DNA from: Myxococcota bacterium | GTDB lineage: Bacteria; Myxococcota_A; UBA9160; SZUA-336 | Assembly (NCBI GenBank): GCA_965247115.1 | Contig: CBDFGR010000003.1 | Span: 1,152,001 to 1,216,000, forward strand | DNA length: 64,000 bases | Direction: 5' to 3' | Part shown: positions 40,602-51,242 of the stretch, piece by piece | How the letters are laid out: the number at the start of each line of letters is the position of its first letter | Numbering within the stretch: the first letter of the stretch is position 1 | The notes under the pieces: generated by a model | Databases searched by the model: none | What the model was told of the DNA's origin: nothing | What the model saw: the letters and a program-made list of their open reading frames with translations, nothing else | Program-made: the position numbers and the translations under genes

Positions 40602-42485
40602 ATGAAACTCGAAGGAATCACACGCCGGGATTTCGTCGGCGGCTTTTCCCTGGGAGTCGGCGCGTTGGCAGCCGGGCTCTCGCCGCTCGAGGCGGTGGCG
40701 CGGGGGCTGCTACCGCCCCAAGCGATCGGCGACTACCCGCCGGCGCGCACGGGCCTGCGCGGCTCGCACCCGGGCTCCTTCGAGGTGGCCCATGCGGTCT
40801 TCCGCGAGGGCAAGCGCTGGCCGCATCCCGAAGAGCGGATCGATGCCACCTACGACCTCGTGGTGGTGGGCGCGGGCTTCGGCGGACTCGCGGCGGCCTG
40901 GTTCTTCCGTCAGCAGGCCGGTCCCGACGCGAAGATCCTCTTGCTCGACAATCACGACGACTTCGGCGGTCACGCCAAGCGCAACGAGTTCGACGTCGAC
41001 GGCAAGACGCTGGTGGGCTCCGGCGGCTCCTCCTACATGGTCTCGCCCGAAGCCTGGTCTCCGGAGCTGAAGTCGCTGCTGAGGGAGATCGACGTGGACG
41101 TCCGGCGCTTCGAGAGCGAGTTCCTCGATGCGGACTTTCGGAAGAGGCACGGGCTGTCGGCGGGAATCTTCTTCGACGCCGCCCGCTACGGAGCGGACTC
41201 GATCCAGCCCGACGCCCTCGGGAGACTGAGCCGCGAGGGGGCAGAGCGGGCGGTTGCAAACTATCCGATCTCGGAGCACGCGAAGGCCAAGCTGGTCGAG
41301 CTCGTGACCACGAAGCGCGAGGTCTACCCGGGGGTGACGCTCGAGGAGAAGCGCAAGCGTCTCAAGCAGACGAGCTACGAGGAGTACCTGCGCAGCGAAT
41401 TCGCGATGCCCGACGAGGTGCTCGACCTGATCCGCAACTTGCACGTCGGCCTCGGTCACGGTGCCGACGCCGCGACGGCAATGCACGCCTCGTTCTGGGA
41501 GGCGCCGGGCCTGCGCGATGTCGACCCGAGGGTCTGGGGTCCGGACAACTACGTCGGACGCCTCGAGGCCGGCATCAACCACTTCCCGGACGGCAACGCG
41601 ACCCTCGCCCGGCTGATGGTGCGCAAGTTGGTGCCCGGCTCGGTACCGGGCAAGACCCTGGAAGACAGCATGACCGCCCGGGTCGCCTACGACCGGCTCG
41701 ATCGCGACGAGAACGCCGTGCGCATCCGGCTCGAGAGCACGGCCATCGACGTGCGTCAGGCCGAGGGCGGCAAGTCCGTGGACGTCACCTACATCAAGGA
41801 TGGCACGGCCTACCGGGTGCGGGGCAAGCACGCCGTCGTGGCCTGCTGGGGCAACGTGATTCCGCACATCTGCCCCGAGCTGGGAGACGTCCAGAAGAAG
41901 GCGCTCAACTATCCGGAGAAGTGGCCCCTCAACGTCATCAACGTCGCCCTGCGCGACTGGAAGGCCATCGCGAAGTCGGGATTCGACAGCGTCCGCGCGC
42001 CGAACGGCTTCTTCACCTCGGTAGGGACCGGCACACCGATCAGCGTTGGCAGCTATCGGTTCAGCCGTTCGCCGAACGAGCCCATCGTGCTCGGCATGTA
42101 TCACGTACCCGTGGTCTTCGTGCGTCAGGGAACCTCACGTGAGCGCATCAAGGCGGGTCGCCATGCGCTCCTCGCCATGAGCTACGACGACTTCGAGAAG
42201 AAGATCGTCGATCAGCTCCAGGCCATCTGGGGACCCTACGGCTTCGATGCGGAGCAGCAGATCGCGGCCATCAGCGTGAACCGCTGGCCCCACGGCGTGA
42301 CTTACTTCTACGACTCGCTCTTCGACCCGTTCGATTGGAGCGTCGAAAACGGCCCTCACATCCAGGCGCAGCGGCGCATGGGCCGCATCTCGTTTGCGGG
42401 TGCGGACGTCGGCAACGAGCCGCTCGCCCATCGCGCCCTGCAGGAGGGGCTCCGCGCCGCCCGCGAGCAGCTCGCTCTGGGCTGA
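40602..42485 (+). CDS. Tat-exported FAD oxidoreductase, spermidine dehydrogenase (SpdH)-like, paralog 1
   Basis: TRRDF, YPPARTGLRGSHPGSFEVAH, GAGFGG, DNHDDFGGHAKRNEF, HFPDGN, VNRWPHG. Confidence 0.88.
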   Translation: MKLEGITRRDFVGGFSLGVGALAAGLSPLEAVARGLLPPQAIGDYPPARTGLRGSHPGSFEVAHAVFREGKRWPHPEERIDATYDLVVVGAGFGGLAAAWFFRQQAGPDAKILLLDNHDDFGGHAKRNEFDVDGKTLVGSGGSSYMVSPEAWSPELKSLLREIDVDVRRFESEFLDADFRKRHGLSAGIFFDAARYGADSIQPDALGRLSREGAERAVANYPISEHAKAKLVELVTTKREVYPGVTLEEKRKRLKQTSYEEYLRSEFAMPDEVLDLIRNLHVGLGHGADAATAMHASFWEAPGLRDVDPRVWGPDNYVGRLEAGINHFPDGNATLARLMVRKLVPGSVPGKTLEDSMTARVAYDRLDRDENAVRIRLESTAIDVRQAEGGKSVDVTYIKDGTAYRVRGKHAVVACWGNVIPHICPELGDVQKKALNYPEKWPLNVINVALRDWKAIAKSGFDSVRAPNGFFTSVGTGTPISVGSYRFSRSPNEPIVLGMYHVPVVFVRQGTSRERIKAGRHALLAMSYDDFEKKIVDQLQAIWGPYGFDAEQQIAAISVNRWPHGVTYFYDSLFDPFDWSVENGPHIQAQRRMGRISFAGADVGNEPLAHRALQEGLRAAREQLALG

Positions 42486-42698
42486 GCCACTGCCGGTCCA
42501 TACGTGCTGGTGGCGATCGACGGGGACGGGGCATACGCGTGGCCTCGCAGGATGCGCTCGAACCGTCGCATCTCGTAGCTGTATCGTGGCTGTGCTTCCG
42601 GGTCGTCGCGCGATACAATGCTCACTTTCTGGGTACTTTCCGTTCACTTCGTACTGATTCACCGCAGTATCATCAATTAGTCACAGAGGAGAGGCAGC

Positions 42699-43127
42699 AT
42701 GAGGTCCACACTTGCACTTCTTAGCGCGGTCGGGCTGCTCGCCGGGTGCGAGGATCCGGCTCCGCCTCCCGCCGAGATGGTCGTCGAGGCGGGGCAGATC
42801 CAGATCGTGCATCCGGACGAGTACCTCGAGGAGTCCGACGGGACCACGCTGTTGCGCAAGCTGGCCACCAGGTCCCGTGGATCGAATCGAGTCGAGTTCC
42901 AGCATGTCGTGCTTACCGAGGCTCTGGAGGGGGGCCCAGTGACCTACGACAGTCAGGACGAGTTCGTCTACGTGCTCAAGGGCCAGATCGACCTCACCAC
43001 CGAGGGTCAGACACATCACATCGGGCCCGGCGGCTTCTTCTTCGTTCCCCAAGGTTTGCCCTACGACTTCAAGGTGACCGAAGCACCGCTCGAGGCCGTT
43101 GCAGTCTTCTCTCCGCCGGGCGAGTAA
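42699..43127 (+). CDS. Cupin-domain lipoprotein
   Basis: LLAGC lipobox; EFVYVLKG...PGGFFFVPQG...VFSPP. Confidence 0.82.
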   Translation: MRSTLALLSAVGLLAGCEDPAPPPAEMVVEAGQIQIVHPDEYLEESDGTTLLRKLATRSRGSNRVEFQHVVLTEALEGGPVTYDSQDEFVYVLKGQIDLTTEGQTHHIGPGGFFFVPQGLPYDFKVTEAPLEAVAVFSPPGE

Positions 43128-43194
43128 CGGAGCGGTCGCCCTTCATGCATAACCGCCGGTCACGAGGCGTCGCACGGAACGGTGGGTGCCCAAC

Positions 43195-43635
43195 TCAGCT
43201 CAATTCGAGACGACGCCGTGACAGCAGATAGGCCGTTCCGCCGGGCATGCCGACGGCGAAGAGCGTGTAGATGACCGCGAACAGGGGACCGGGGATGTTG
43301 CCCGGAGAAGGCAGCCACAAGCCGAACCCCCCCGGGTCGAACCACTCGTAGCGCAACGAATACAGGATGATATTCAACAGCACGTAGGGTGTGTAGACCA
43401 GCAGGATGTAGAGCGCGTAGCGCTTGAGCCGCCAGATGCCATAGGCGAGTCCGAGCATGAGGGCTGCGTGCACGCGGGCAGCGATCGCCTCCAGAAGTCC
43501 ATCCGTGCGAAACCCGAGCAGCATAAATCCCGCGACCGGCCCTGTTTGGAATGGCTTCAGGATGCTCTCCACGGCGATGGCGACGAAGAGCAGGGCCGCG
43601 ATCGTGAGAGCGACGCCGGGCTTGGGACGATCCAT
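43195..43635 (-). CDS. Four-TM membrane protein, paralog B (inverted)
   Basis: Same scaffold as 40028-40498 with different loops. Confidence 0.8.
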   Translation of the reverse strand: MDRPKPGVALTIAALLFVAIAVESILKPFQTGPVAGFMLLGFRTDGLLEAIAARVHAALMLGLAYGIWRLKRYALYILLVYTPYVLLNIILYSLRYEWFDPGGFGLWLPSPGNIPGPLFAVIYTLFAVGMPGGTAYLLSRRRLELS

Positions 43636-43668
43636 GGGACGACACCTCCGACTCGGGCAGCCTATCAG

Positions 43669-43748
43669 GTTGCTCGCTCTCCCAGTGTCGATCCGCACCC
43701 GGTACACCCGCACCGGGTCGAGGATGTTCTTGACCTCTTGCTCGCCTT
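43669..43748 (-). pseudogene. Short class III adenylate cyclase fragment
   Basis: GEQEVKNILDPVRVYRV resembles the end of the cyclase domain. Confidence 0.5.
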
Positions 43749-43750
43749 CC

Positions 43751-44230
43751 TCAGGTCCGAGGTGCGAGGCGGAAAATGGACTCGAAGTCCTCGACGGTGT
43801 ACTCGAACGAGCTCCCGCCGGCGTACTTCGCGTGGAAGGCGGTGAAGACTCTTTGCTTGAGCTCCCGATCGTTCACCGTGGTGGCGTTGAGCTCGTAGGC
43901 GTTGTCGCCGACTCGGACCCGAACCTCTTTCGGGCGCGCTTCGACTCGTTGTACCCAGCCGCGATCCGGCGTGCCCACCACGTAGATCGCGCCGTCGAAG
44001 GCAACGCCCCAGAGATTCACCACGCGAGGCAGCAGCGCTCCCTGGGACTCGAGCTGGATCACCGGGTGGTCCCGCATGAACGCGAAGCTCTCGGGCGCCG
44101 CGGTCGCGACGCCTCCGAGCCGGAGGCCCGGCGTTTGCTCCCAGGGCCCACAGCCGATGAGGACGAGCACCGCGAAAGTGTGCCAGCTGCACGCCAGCTT
44201 TCTCCGTAGTGGGATCTTTTGACAGCACGT
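43751..44230 (-). CDS. DUF2255-like exported split-barrel protein (start uncertain)
   Basis: GCGPWEQTPGLRLGG, VNLWGV, WVQRV...VRVRVGDNAY. Confidence 0.55.
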   Translation of the reverse strand, partial: TCCQKIPLRRKLACSWHTFAVLVLIGCGPWEQTPGLRLGGVATAAPESFAFMRDHPVIQLESQGALLPRVVNLWGVAFDGAIYVVGTPDRGWVQRVEARPKEVRVRVGDNAYELNATTVNDRELKQRVFTAFHAKYAGGSSFEYTVEDFESIFRLAPRT

Positions 44231-44256
44231 CGTCGTCGCTGCCCGCAACACCGACC

Positions 44257-46158
44257 CTACTCGACGCCAAACGCGAGCAGCACGTTGCCAGGGGCGCTCG
44301 TGATGTTGTAACCGGATCCCATGAACAGCATACCCCCGACGATCGCCGGCCCATGGCCACCGATCGAGCCCCCCCTGGCTCGCACGCCGTTCACCGTCTC
44401 GTACTCTTGCATGGTGTTGTATTCCCACAGGACCTCGCCGTCACCCGTCGAGTACGCGCGCAGGGTGCCGTCCTTCGCCCCCGCGAACACGGCGCCGGGG
44501 ATGACCGTCGCCGCCCCGAACAGTCCAGAGCTGCACCAGGTCGCCTCGGGGTCGGAGCAGTTCGTCGGCTTCGCGTGCGTCGTGGACCAGACCCGCTCGC
44601 CCGTCGCGGGCCGGAGCGCGACCATCGCACCCGTCTCGTCGGTGTCGCATTGGATCCCCACGAAGTCCTCGGCGGCACCGGCAGAGCAAACCGCGAGGGG
44701 TCTGTAGTAGAGCTCTCCATCCGCGGCGGCGCCCATGCCGGAGCCTTGTGGCCACACTCCGTCACCGGCCTGCGCGACCCACAGCACTGCGCCGCTATCG
44801 TCGGGGTCCAGTGCCGTGATCCTCCCGCTCTCCTGCCCCGCGATCAGAATCTGGCGCCCGTTCGGCAGCGTGTACAGGACGGGCGACCCCGACACGTCAT
44901 CGTTGCGATTCCGTATGTGACCGGGGCAATTGATCGCGCGCTCGGCCTCGGTCGTCCCATCTCCCCCGCAGTTCTGATCGTTGGCCAGGAGCTGGATCGA
45001 CCAGCGCCTCTTGCCGGTGTCGAGGTCGAAGGCGATGACGGCGTCACTGGAGCCCGAGTCCGGCACATCGATATAGCCATTGCTCGTACCGACGTAGAGG
45101 ACGCGGCGCCGGTAGTCGAGCGTGGGCGCCGCCCAGATCGCGGCACCCGATGGGCCGTACAGCTGCGTGCCGGCGGAGTTCTTCCTGACCGGCCTGGGAC
45201 GTTCCGGGATCGTGTAGGTCTTCCAGATCTGCTGGCCGGTCGCAGCATTCAGGGCCACCACACTGCCCTGGAACGTGCAGCACTCGTACGAGGGGTTGCG
45301 GGGGCGGGCCTCCTCGTACGAGCCTACGGGGACATACAGGCGTCCCCCCTGGGTATCGAGCACAGGCGAACCCGTGATCTTTGCCGCGCTATGGTCGTCC
45401 ACAGACATCGTCCACAGCTGCTCGCCCGTTTCGGCGTCCACGGCGTGGACGTTCGGCCCCAAATCCCCGAAGTACGCGGCGTAACGGTCTTGCGACCCGG
45501 GCACGGTCCCCACGCTGACGGCCGTCACGACGGCTTGCCCGGCCTCGAAGGACCAGTGCACACAGCCGGTCCGCGCGTCAAGCGCGTACACCACTCCGTT
45601 GTCGCTACCCACGAATACCCGACCCCCAGCGACGGTCGGCTGGCCCCGGACTGAGGTGCCGTCCGGAAAGCCGAACGCCCACTTGCGCCGCAGCCGCGGC
45701 ACCTGTTCGACCGTCAGCCCCGCGGAAGCGGCCGGCTGAAAGCGAGCGCTGGACGTGGGATCGGGGCTCATGCCGTTCCAGTGCGGGCCGACCGACGGAT
45801 CGCCCATCGGCATGCCACTGGCGCAGCGGTTCGGCATCGCCGCAGCCGAGCGGTCCGCCGCGTTTCCGAACGGGCGCCCGGTCAGGGACATGGCCAGCCC
45901 GCGCCTCTCCTGCTCCGAGAGCTCGCTCACATTGGCCGCCATCGAGCCGGTCGTCAGCGCCTTGAACACCCGCTCCGGGGACAACGCTCGGAGGGCTTCG
46001 CGACTGACCGCGCCGGGGGCGTGACTGGTCGCTCCATGGCAGACCGCGCACTGCTCCTCGAAGAAGAAGAGCCACCGAGAATCCGTCACCTGCGCCGATG
46101 TCGCCATCGGCAGCAACACCGTGACGGCGACAGACGCCACCAAAAACCATCTCATCAT
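44257..46158 (-). CDS. Cytochrome c-PQQ dehydrogenase (PVA dehydrogenase-like), paralog 1
   Basis: Signal peptide, CAVCH, KWAFGFP, GCVHW, YECCTFQG, GNVLLAF; AGGAGG RBS. Confidence 0.9.
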   Translation of the reverse strand: MMRWFLVASVAVTVLLPMATSAQVTDSRWLFFFEEQCAVCHGATSHAPGAVSREALRALSPERVFKALTTGSMAANVSELSEQERRGLAMSLTGRPFGNAADRSAAAMPNRCASGMPMGDPSVGPHWNGMSPDPTSSARFQPAASAGLTVEQVPRLRRKWAFGFPDGTSVRGQPTVAGGRVFVGSDNGVVYALDARTGCVHWSFEAGQAVVTAVSVGTVPGSQDRYAAYFGDLGPNVHAVDAETGEQLWTMSVDDHSAAKITGSPVLDTQGGRLYVPVGSYEEARPRNPSYECCTFQGSVVALNAATGQQIWKTYTIPERPRPVRKNSAGTQLYGPSGAAIWAAPTLDYRRRVLYVGTSNGYIDVPDSGSSDAVIAFDLDTGKRRWSIQLLANDQNCGGDGTTEAERAINCPGHIRNRNDDVSGSPVLYTLPNGRQILIAGQESGRITALDPDDSGAVLWVAQAGDGVWPQGSGMGAAADGELYYRPLAVCSAGAAEDFVGIQCDTDETGAMVALRPATGERVWSTTHAKPTNCSDPEATWCSSGLFGAATVIPGAVFAGAKDGTLRAYSTGDGEVLWEYNTMQEYETVNGVRARGGSIGGHGPAIVGGMLFMGSGYNITSAPGNVLLAFGVE

Positions 46159-46502
46159 CGTGCCTCCTCTCCGTCGGCGCCCCCCGGTCCGAGGAGAATC
46201 AGATCCGTGCCCGAAGAGGTCACGTCTCTGGAATATCTGCTCATCTTGGCGACCAGGATGGCAGCGGACCGCCTGAGCCGTCAAGTCACGTGTGCGTGCT
46301 TCTTTCAGCCAGCTCTTGCATCCCGACTGCGACAGGACGACTCAGAACAAGCTGAACTTTCCCCTTGACAATGGAGATTCACGAGGAGCAGCATCGAGCT
46401 GTAGGATCTACGAGGCCCAGCAAACCTCGAGATAGGCGTGAGACGCGGTCCGAGGGTGGCCGCGGCTTGGAGTGCCTATCGGACGCTAGGAGGGACTCAG
46501 AA

Positions 46503-48989
46503 GTGCGTACCATCATTGCGGCAAGCGTAGCGTTCCTATTGCTGCTCACCGGAGGCGCCGTGGCGGACGAACCGGGTGCGGAGCAGGAGCCCCAAGGGGC
46601 GCAGTTGAGCACCGAGGCAGCGGAGAGCACCGAGCCGGCGTCGAGGATTGCGCCGCAGTCGATCGAGGAGATCACCGTCACCGCGCGGAAGCGGGAGGAG
46701 GGGAGCCAGAGCGTCCCCATCTCGATTAGCGCGTTCACCGGCGCCGATCTCGAAGAAGCCCAAACGACCAACATGTTTCGAGTTGCGGAGCTGACGCCGA
46801 ACTTCGAGATGCGCGAGAGTTTCAGCAATTCGAGACCGGCCATGTACATCCGTGGCGTCGGCGTGAGTGACTACGGCGCGGAAGCCGCGAGCGCAGTGGG
46901 AGTCTACAGAGACGGCGTGTACTACGGGGTGCAGACGGGCTTGACGTTCCAGATGTTCGATCTCGAGCGGACGGAAGTCCTGCGCGGACCGCAGGGGACG
47001 CTATACGGCAAGAATACGACCGGCGGTACGGTGAACTTGCACTCACGGATGCCTGGCGACGAGTTTGGCGGTTACTTCAAGGCCAGCTATGGGAACTACA
47101 AGAGCTTCAACTTAGAGAGCGCCGTCGACATCCCGATCAACGAGAGACTTAAGGCACGCGTGGCCTTTGCGCGGAGGGAGACGGACGGCTGGATCGAAAA
47201 CCACTTTCCAGGCGGCATCGATGACCTCATGAGCGACGACCACTGGGCGTTTCGGACCATTCTCAGCTGGGAGCCAACCGAAGACCTCAGTCTGCTCCTG
47301 AACGCGCACGGGGGGCGGCTACAGAGCGATTGGACCTACATTGGCAGAGGGCTCATGGATCCCGACGATTTCCATGCCCCGAGCTTCAACTTTATCGGCC
47401 CGGACGGCGAATTCAGGGATCCGTTCAACTGTCCGAGGGACGCTTTCGGAGCAAGCGGGGGACGAGGTCGGGACTTGGGCTGTGGGGATCTTCGCGGCCA
47501 TGTGGGAGGCGGTGAAGAGAGCTTGTACGATGTCTACCATAATTCGCCTCAGACTGAAGAGGTCAATCTATGGGGCGCCTCGCTGACTGCCAACTACGAC
47601 ATGGACACTCGCTGGGGCCCCGTGACCTTGACCTCGATCACGGCGTACGAGTCGGCCGGAGAGGATCAGTTCGAGGACGTCGAAGGTAACGCCACTCAAG
47701 GTCTCCACGTATCATGGTGGGCCAATACCGGGCAGTTCACACAGGAGCTGCGCGCGGCGTCTGCCGGAGACGGTCGTCTGAATTGGCTCGTAGGAGCGTG
47801 GTACTTCCAGTCGAAGATACACAACCGGAACGACGCGTACGCTCCCGAAGAGGAAGACGGTAGTACTATCGGTTCGGACTTCGGCTTTTATACAACTAGT
47901 GTCAGCGGCGACAACTGGGGCACAGAGAACTACGCCTTCTTCGGGCAGGCGAGTTACGACCTGACCGAGCGTCTCAGCGTCACCTCTGGGCTTCGCTACA
48001 GCTGGGAGAGGAAGTGGAGCAGGCAATACAACTACCGGTTCTTCGCGTACGACCCCGACGACCCGGAGGGGGGTACCGCCCAGGGAACCCCTTGCGGCGC
48101 CGACGTAGAGATCCACTATGATCCGGCGAACTGCGGACCTGGTAGGAGTGAATCCGATAGCTGGCAGGCCATAAGCGGAGATTTCACGCTCAACTACCAG
48201 CTTACGGATGACATCATGCTGTACGCGAGCTACAGGCGGGGCTTCAAGAGTGGCGGGTGGACCACTGCGTTGAACAATAGTGCAAGGGCCGCAAGGGACC
48301 CGGCAACGAACGGCGCCGCAATACTGAACACCACGGTCGACGAGGAGATCCTGCAATCCTATGAGGCGGGGATCAAGTCGATGTGGTTCGACCGGCGCCT
48401 TCGAGTCAACTTCAACACCTTCTTTTACGACTACGATGACCTGCAGGTGTTCGCGCTCGCGGTCATAGGCGGACAGCTCACCACAGTCTTGGATAACGCA
48501 TCTGATGCCACGATCTGGGGCGGCGAGCTCGATGTCATGGCCCGCCCCCTTCCCGGGCTGGAGCTCCGGGCGACGGGAGCGTGGCTGAGCACGGAATACA
48601 AGGACTACTTCTCGGTGAGCCGAGAAGCGGACTTCTCGGGCAACGAGTTGATCGCTGCCCCGAATTACACAGGAAGTGCGTCAATCTCCTACGAGTTCGA
48701 TCTCTGGGACGGCGTGCTGCGAACGCAGCTCTCCACGAGCTACTCCGACGAGCTCTATTTTGCAGCCGCCAACAATGCTAACCGGAGCAGGGCGGGGAGT
48801 TACTGGATAGTGCACGGCGGCCTCAGCTATCGGCTTCCCGATGATCGAACGGAGATCAGCGTCTGGGTGAGGAACTGGAATGACAAGGAATATCTCACGA
48901 ACCACTTCGACGTCTCCGGGTTGGGTTACGATCTGGTCCGGGGCGGGAGGCCACGCCACTATGGAGTCACCGTGAACTACGCCTTCTGA
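46503..48989 (+). CDS. TonB-dependent receptor
   Basis: IEEITVTARKREE, EVLRGPQGTLYGKNTTGG, terminal YAF. Confidence 0.95.
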   Translation: MRTIIAASVAFLLLLTGGAVADEPGAEQEPQGAQLSTEAAESTEPASRIAPQSIEEITVTARKREEGSQSVPISISAFTGADLEEAQTTNMFRVAELTPNFEMRESFSNSRPAMYIRGVGVSDYGAEAASAVGVYRDGVYYGVQTGLTFQMFDLERTEVLRGPQGTLYGKNTTGGTVNLHSRMPGDEFGGYFKASYGNYKSFNLESAVDIPINERLKARVAFARRETDGWIENHFPGGIDDLMSDDHWAFRTILSWEPTEDLSLLLNAHGGRLQSDWTYIGRGLMDPDDFHAPSFNFIGPDGEFRDPFNCPRDAFGASGGRGRDLGCGDLRGHVGGGEESLYDVYHNSPQTEEVNLWGASLTANYDMDTRWGPVTLTSITAYESAGEDQFEDVEGNATQGLHVSWWANTGQFTQELRAASAGDGRLNWLVGAWYFQSKIHNRNDAYAPEEEDGSTIGSDFGFYTTSVSGDNWGTENYAFFGQASYDLTERLSVTSGLRYSWERKWSRQYNYRFFAYDPDDPEGGTAQGTPCGADVEIHYDPANCGPGRSESDSWQAISGDFTLNYQLTDDIMLYASYRRGFKSGGWTTALNNSARAARDPATNGAAILNTTVDEEILQSYEAGIKSMWFDRRLRVNFNTFFYDYDDLQVFALAVIGGQLTTVLDNASDATIWGGELDVMARPLPGLELRATGAWLSTEYKDYFSVSREADFSGNELIAAPNYTGSASISYEFDLWDGVLRTQLSTSYSDELYFAAANNANRSRAGSYWIVHGGLSYRLPDDRTEISVWVRNWNDKEYLTNHFDVSGLGYDLVRGGRPRHYGVTVNYAF

Positions 48990-49211
48990 AGGCGGACGTG
49001 CGTGGCCGAGAGCGTGGGCCAAGGACCGCTCCGAGAGCGATCTGGACGAAGCAAGCGAACTCAGCAGGCTGGTCGTAAGGTTGGCCGACTGACACTCGGG
49101 AGTGTTATCGCACCGTGCCCCGTTTCGACATGACCCGCGTACCCTTGGTTAGGTCGAGATCGTTGCACCTAGGCCATCCTCAGAAGCCGGTTTAGTTCCC
49201 CGCCTCCCCCG

Positions 49212-51113
49212 CTACTCGACGCCAAACGCGAGCAGCACGTTGCCAGGGGCGGGCGAGCTCGACGTGGCGTAGCCGGATCCGGTGAACAGCATACCCCCGG
49301 CGATCGCCGGCCCATGGCCACCGATCGAGCCCCCCTTGGCTCGCACGCCGTTCACCGTCTCGTACTCCTGCATGGTGTTGTATTCCCACAGGACCTCGCC
49401 GTCCGCCGTCGAGTACGCGCGCAGGGTGCCGTCCCTGGCCCCTGCGAACACGGCGCCGGGGATGACCGTCGCCGCCCCGAACAGTCCCGAGCTGCACCAG
49501 GTCGCCTCGGGGTCGGAGCAGTTCGTCGGCGTCGCGTGCGTGGTGGACCAGACCCGCTCGCCCGTCGCGGGCCGGAGCGCGACCATCGCACCCGTCCCGT
49601 CGGAGTCGCAGTGGAGACCGACCCTCTCCCGTGCCGATGAGCAAAACGCGAGGGGTCTGTAGTAGAGCTCTCCATCCGCGGCGGCGCCGAAGCCGGAGCC
49701 TTGTGGCCACATCACGTCAGCTGCCTGCGCGACCCACAGCACGGCGCCGTTGCGGTCGGGGTCCAGTGCCGTGATTCTTCCGCTCTCCTGCCCCGCGATC
49801 AGGATCTGGCGCCCATTCGGCAGCGTGTACAGGACGGGCGACCCGGACACGTCGTCGTTGGGATTCTGTTTGAAACCGGGGCAGTCAATCATGCGCTCGG
49901 CATCGGTCGCTCCAAGAACCGAGCAGTTCAAATCGCCGGCTAGCAGCTGGGTCGACCAGCGCCTCTTGCCGGTGTCGAGGTCGAAGGCAATGATGGCGTC
50001 ACTGGACCCCGAGTCCGGCACATCGATATAGCCATTGGCCGTGCCGACGTAGAGGGCGCGGCGCCGGTAGTCGAGCGTGGGCGCCGCCCAGATCCCGGCA
50101 CCCGCTGGGCCGTACAGCTGCGTGCCGGCGGAGTTCTTCCTGACCGGCCTGGGACGTTCCGGGATCGTGTAGGTCTTCCAGATCTGCTGGCCGGTCGCAG
50201 CATTCAGGGCCACCACACTGCCCTGGAACGTGCAGCACTCGTACGTGGGGACGAGGCGGGCGACCTCCTCCCACGTGCCTACCGGCACATACAGGCGTTC
50301 CCCCTGGGTATCGAGCACAGGCGAACCCGTGATCTTCGCCATCTCATGGTCGTCCACAGACATCGTCCACAGCTGCTCGCCCGTTTCGGCGTCCACGGCG
50401 TAGACATTCCCCTGGAAGTCCCCGAAATACGCGGCGTAACGGTCTTGCGACCCGGGCACGGTCCCCACGCTGACGGCCGTCACTACGCCTGTTGCGGCCT
50501 CGAAGGACCAATGCACACAGCCGGTCCGCGCGTCAAGCGCGTACACCACTCCGTTGTCGCTACCCACGAACACCCGACCCCCAGCGACGGTCGGCTGGCC
50601 CCGGACTGAGGTGCCGTCCGGAAAGCCGAACGCCCACTTGCGCCGCAGCCGCGGCACCTGTTCGACCGTCAGCCCCGCGGAAGCGGCCGGCTGAAAGCGA
50701 GCGCTTGTCGTGGCATCGGGGCTCATGCCGTTCCAGTGCGGGCCGACCGACGGATCGCGCATCGGCATGCCACTGGCGCATCGGTTCGGCATCGCCTCGG
50801 CCGATCGGTCCGCCGCGTTCCCGAAGGGCCGACCGGTCAAGTACTCGGCCAGCCCGCGCTTCTCCTGATCCGAGAGCGCGCTCGCGTTGGCCGCCATCGT
50901 GCCGGTCGTCAGCGCCTCGAACACCCGCTCCGGGGAGAACGCTCGGAGGGCTTCGCGACTGACTGCGCGGGGGGCGAGACTGGTCGTTCCATGACAGACC
51001 GCGCACTGCTCCTCGAACACATCGAGCCAATGAGACTCCGTCACCTGCGCGGAGGTCCCCGTCGGCAGCAACACCGAGACGGCGACGGACGCCACCAAAA
51101 ACCATCTCATCAT
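49212..51113 (-). CDS. Cytochrome c-PQQ dehydrogenase, paralog 2
   Basis: Same motifs as paralog 1 (CAVCH, YECCTFQG). Confidence 0.9.
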   Translation of the reverse strand: MMRWFLVASVAVSVLLPTGTSAQVTESHWLDVFEEQCAVCHGTTSLAPRAVSREALRAFSPERVFEALTTGTMAANASALSDQEKRGLAEYLTGRPFGNAADRSAEAMPNRCASGMPMRDPSVGPHWNGMSPDATTSARFQPAASAGLTVEQVPRLRRKWAFGFPDGTSVRGQPTVAGGRVFVGSDNGVVYALDARTGCVHWSFEAATGVVTAVSVGTVPGSQDRYAAYFGDFQGNVYAVDAETGEQLWTMSVDDHEMAKITGSPVLDTQGERLYVPVGTWEEVARLVPTYECCTFQGSVVALNAATGQQIWKTYTIPERPRPVRKNSAGTQLYGPAGAGIWAAPTLDYRRRALYVGTANGYIDVPDSGSSDAIIAFDLDTGKRRWSTQLLAGDLNCSVLGATDAERMIDCPGFKQNPNDDVSGSPVLYTLPNGRQILIAGQESGRITALDPDRNGAVLWVAQAADVMWPQGSGFGAAADGELYYRPLAFCSSARERVGLHCDSDGTGAMVALRPATGERVWSTTHATPTNCSDPEATWCSSGLFGAATVIPGAVFAGARDGTLRAYSTADGEVLWEYNTMQEYETVNGVRAKGGSIGGHGPAIAGGMLFTGSGYATSSSPAPGNVLLAFGVE

Positions 51114-51242
51114 CGTGCCTCCTCTCCGTGAGGAATAGGCATTATAAACGGCCAGGCCTGACCTCGACATCGTGGCCGCTTCTGTGAAATGATCGCCTCT
51201 ATCCCTATAGCTGCCGACCGCGGGTCAGCAGAGAGGATTGCG

